Assembly (NCBI GenBank): GCA_964388035.1
Contig: CAYLZE010000003.1
Coordinates: 32,001-96,000 of the forward strand
Length of the DNA: 64,000 nucleotides
DNA from: an uncultured archaeon
GTDB taxonomy: Archaea > Asgardarchaeota > Lokiarchaeia > Sigyniarchaeales > SOKP01
Direction of reading: 5' to 3'
Positions within the stretch are counted from its first letter, which is position 1, and each line of letters opens with the position of its first letter. The position numbers and the translations under genes are program-made. Under the pieces are notes generated by a model. It saw nothing but the letters and a program-made list of their open reading frames with translations. It searched no databases and was not told where the DNA came from. This document shows positions 60,913 to 64,000 of the stretch, in pieces.

Positions 60913-61254
60913 AGAAACATGTGTGAAATTTTCCAAATATAATAATAAAATTCTCATTTATTTTTCTATTTCTTAATATAGATGAGCTTAGAAAAAAAAA
61001 GTTCATTTTAAATTCTAAATTCATTGGTCATGTTATTTTTTATATAATAATGGAAGCAAATGTTAAAAAGCAAGCTTTTTCTGATTAATCTTGTCAAGAA
61101 TTTAGGAATTTCATCGCTTATCTTGCAATTTTCAATTTTTTTAAGAATTTCAATGTTATACTACAAAAATTGACATTTAAAAGAATTTTTTCAACTAATT
61201 GGAAAATGGGATGGACTTACATTAGTTTTAAGCTATTTTTTAATTATAATTAAC

Positions 61255-61995
61255 TTAAAATCTTTTTCTCATAAAGGTATAGTGAATGACTTCATTGGGA
61301 CATGAATCAACACAATTAGCACAAAGTATGCATTCTGAATGAGAAATTGCCCCAAGTTTGATCATTTCCATCACAGGAAGTGATATGGGACAATTTGTAG
61401 AACAGATCCCACAATTCGTGCACTTCTCCGGATAAGTTTTAAGTATTAGAGTCGGAAGAGATATTTTTTCACTTAACCCTTTTCCGATAATCATGAAAGG
61501 GGCCATCCAACACAAATAATGACAAAACCCCCTTTTTCCTGTTGCAAGAGCAAGAATTAACACGATTGCCACTGTCATTGAATACATCACCCATTCGGCT
61601 TCTTGAGGCAAAGGAATGCCAAATGCTCGTTTATAGGCAAGATCTACTAATTTGAAACCGCCATTATAGAACCCGAGCAAGAAGAAGAGACTTATCCACG
61701 GGATGAATGAAAGATATTTAATCCAATTCCATTTATTATTTACTCTGCGATTATTAATTCCAAATGCAATTTCTTGCAAACCACCGCTCGGACAAATTCA
61801 TCCACAAAATAATCTTCCTCCAAAGAAAGAAAACAGAAACAAAATACTAAAAACAATCACATCAGCAGCTATGATCCCTTCTGAAGCTCCAAATAATAGT
61901 AAATCAGGAGAAAAAAGATAATAAGTGATAGGGTACCAGATGATCGAAATTAATAAAATTAATTTCCGAATTTTTTGACGATTTTTCCTTATCAT
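61255..61995 (-). pseudogene. Membrane 4Fe-4S-binding (NapH/MauN-like) protein interrupted by in-frame TGA
   Basis: GRLFCG*ICPSGGLQE joins the two track ORFs in frame; RGFCHYLCW, CTNCGICSTNCP, CILCANCVDSCP. Confidence 0.8.
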
Positions 61996-62173
61996 AATTG
62001 TTTATAATCTTTTTCTTTTTTAAAGGTTTTATCCTTCAATTTTTGTTATTCATTTCACATTACCAACCAGAATAATAAAGAGATTAGATTAAAGCTCCAA
62101 TATAACAAAAATTAAAACGTATACTCATATCATATTGTTGAATTAATTAAAAACGCTTACAAATTTAATTCAC

Positions 62174-62568
62174 GTGTTCTTTTTAATAGGGATAGGTATT
62201 GCGGGTTCATTATACAGCAAGGATCTCGTAGTTTCGGATATAATAGATGAAGATGAGGTTCTCACAGGTACAAGGCGTGATGCAAGTTATTTTGGCATCT
62301 ATACTTTTTATCTAAGGATTGGATATATTTTTGTATTTCTATCAATTTCTTTGGTTTTTACCATCATGGGTGGGTAATTTTTGAACCAGATAAAGTAACT
62401 CCAGAAATAATTTTAGGTTTACGTATCTTTGGTTTCGAGTTTCCTGCGATTGCCTTATCATTCATAATCATCTTCATACATAAGTATCCTCTTCACAGAG
62501 AATATTTAAAAGAAATTAAAATAAAGCTTGAAACGATACATAAAGAAAATAGAACATTGATACCATAG
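62174..62568 (+). pseudogene. C-terminal relic of a GPH/MFS transporter with frameshift
   Basis: SDIIDEDE..TG.RR...YFG, then shifted frame GWVIFEP...GLR...FPAIAL...KYPL; no N-terminal half. Confidence 0.7.
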
Positions 62569-62629
62569 TAAATTATTTTATTTTTGTTTTTTTAATATTT
62601 CAAAAGATATATTACAAGAAAATTCTTAT

Positions 62630-64000
62630 TTAGAACTCTAAAATCGCTCCTTTGGCTGCAGAAGTAACTAATTTTCTATATTTTAACAATGCTTTACTTT
62701 TAATCGTTTTTTCAATTGGTTTCCAGTTTTTTAGACGAGTTTGAATTTCCTCTTCCGTTAAATCAACGATTAATTTCCTATTGGGAATATCTATTTTTAT
62801 CAAGTCTTCATTTTCAATGATGGCTAATGGGCCTCCAACATACGCTTCCGGGCTCACGTGACCAATACATGGGCCCGATGTTGCTCCAGAAAATCTTCCA
62901 TCGGTTATTAATGCCACTTTGTCTAAATTTTTCCTTAACATTAGAGTAGCTGTCGTTGCTAACAACTCCGGCATTCCTGGTCCACCTTTTGGTCCTTCAT
63001 ATCGAATGATTATGACCGAGCCATTGGGAATGTTATTTAAAGCTAATGCATTGAGTACGTCCTTCTCATCATTAAAACAATATGCGGGACCTTCAAATTT
63101 CATCATTTGGGGATCTTTAATTGCGGATTGTTTCACAACCGCTCCTTCTGGTGCTAAATTCCCTTTTAAGATTACTGTTCCTCCCTCGGGGGCAACGGGA
63201 TCATCAATAGGTCTGATAATTAAATCGTTCAAAACCTCTTTCTTACGAATTTGTTTCTGTAAAGTAATTCCTGAAACGGTTAAGCAATCTAAATTGAGGA
63301 AGCTTTTTAATCTATTCATGACTGCCTCTACCCCACCCGCTTTATACAAATCTACGATTCCATATGCACCAGATGGAGATACATTCACGATGGTTGGGAT
63401 TTTCTTACTATATTCGTTAAAGAGTTCCAGATCAAATTCAATTCCCATTTCATGAGCAATGGCCGGTAAGTGCAATGCAGAATTAGTTGATCCCCCAATT
63501 GCCACGTCAATCATTATAACGTTTTCCAAGGATTTTTGGGTAATTATTTTAGAAGGTGTAATTCCGTTCTTAATTAAATCTATTATTTTTCTTCCCGAAT
63601 CTCTTGCAATTAAGAGTTTTTTTCTACTAATTGCGGGAGAAGTTGCCGCATCAGGAAGTGTCATTCCAAAAGCTTCCATTAAGCATTGAAAAGTATTTGC
63701 CGTGCCCATTATTTCACAAGCCCCGTAAGTTCCGCACGTGATACAATTCAACTTATTATCAAAATCATCATATAGATTTTGCTCAATACCTTTATAATCA
63801 GACGTAAATCTTATTTCATATAAGTTTGGACCTCCAGGTACGCATATTGTAGGAATGTCCAATCTTATTGCAGCCATTAATACTGCGGGATTAATTTTAT
63901 CACATCCCGATAAGGTTACCATGGCATCTAATCGATGAGCTTCAATCATTAATTCAATTGAATCCGCAATGACTTCTCTCTGGGGTAAAATATGCCTCAT
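62630..64000 (-). CDS. ilvD: Dihydroxy-acid dehydratase (5' end outside window)
   Basis: REVIADSIE, GCDKINP, GACEIMGTANT, GGSTN, GNLAPEG, YEGPKGGPGMPE, TDGRFSG. Confidence 0.95.
   Translation of the reverse strand: MRHILPQREVIADSIELMIEAHRLDAMVTLSGCDKINPAVLMAAIRLDIPTICVPGGPNLYEIRFTSDYKGIEQNLYDDFDNKLNCITCGTYGACEIMGTANTFQCLMEAFGMTLPDAATSPAISRKKLLIARDSGRKIIDLIKNGITPSKIITQKSLENVIMIDVAIGGSTNSALHLPAIAHEMGIEFDLELFNEYSKKIPTIVNVSPSGAYGIVDLYKAGGVEAVMNRLKSFLNLDCLTVSGITLQKQIRKKEVLNDLIIRPIDDPVAPEGGTVILKGNLAPEGAVVKQSAIKDPQMMKFEGPAYCFNDEKDVLNALALNNIPNGSVIIIRYEGPKGGPGMPELLATTATLMLRKNLDKVALITDGRFSGATSGPCIGHVSPEAYVGGPLAIIENEDLIKIDIPNRKLIVDLTEEEIQTRLKNWKPIEKTIKSKALLKYRKLVTSAAKGAILEF

Noticed and set aside
61798-61800. 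Selenocysteine recoding of the in-frame TGA
   Set aside because: The codon aligns with the Trp of FCGW.CP, not a Cys, and no SECIS-like hairpin was recognised downstream
14202-61800. Alternative genetic code (stop reassignment)
   Set aside because: Internal stops are of mixed type (TAA, TAA, TGA), and all three stop codons end intact genes normally in this window
2279-63689. Numerous short antisense or overlapping ORFs in the track (e.g. 2279-2509, 6580-6942, 20906-21088, 30198-30548, 52274-52666, 62919-63455)
   Set aside because: They overlap well-supported genes on the opposite strand or frame and show no motifs; treated as shadow ORFs
1-64000. CRISPR arrays, tRNA/rRNA genes, transposases, prophage
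   Set aside because: No repeat-spacer periodicity, cloverleaf or rRNA-like GC-rich tract, or DDE/integrase/capsid ORF was seen by manual reading; short elements could have been missed

Overview
AT-rich (roughly 30% GC by eye) archaeal chromosomal window, most consistent with an Asgard archaeon (Lokiarchaeia-like). Supporting evidence is an archaeal TFB, BRE/TATA promoters, GGTGA-type ribosome-binding sites, an Arf-like small GTPase and three longin-like genes. Contents: (i) a bacterial-type chaperone cluster grpE-dnaK-dnaJ-clpB followed by a TFB paralog, a wHTH/membrane pair and a second, duplicated DnaJ; (ii) central and anaerobic metabolism (pyk, class I GAPDH, AOR, a GlcD/GlcF-like pair, acetoacetate decarboxylase family, 4-hydroxybutyryl-CoA dehydratase, ilvD); (iii) many redox, stress and membrane genes; (iv) five interrupted genes. 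Best candidate for an undescribed system: a tusA-iscS-iscU cluster in which IscS lacks the PLP Schiff-base lysine (SSND) and IscU is fused to a degenerate thioredoxin-reductase-like NAD(P)-binding domain. Also notable: four genes that appear to start at ATT/ATA, a ~120-nt multibranch fold-back element flanked by symmetric TATA-like boxes, an M24 pseudo-peptidase, an unannotated 44-aa zinc-finger microprotein, and two perfect operator-like palindromes. No tRNA, rRNA, CRISPR array or transposase was recognised. All family calls are by motif recognition, not database search.
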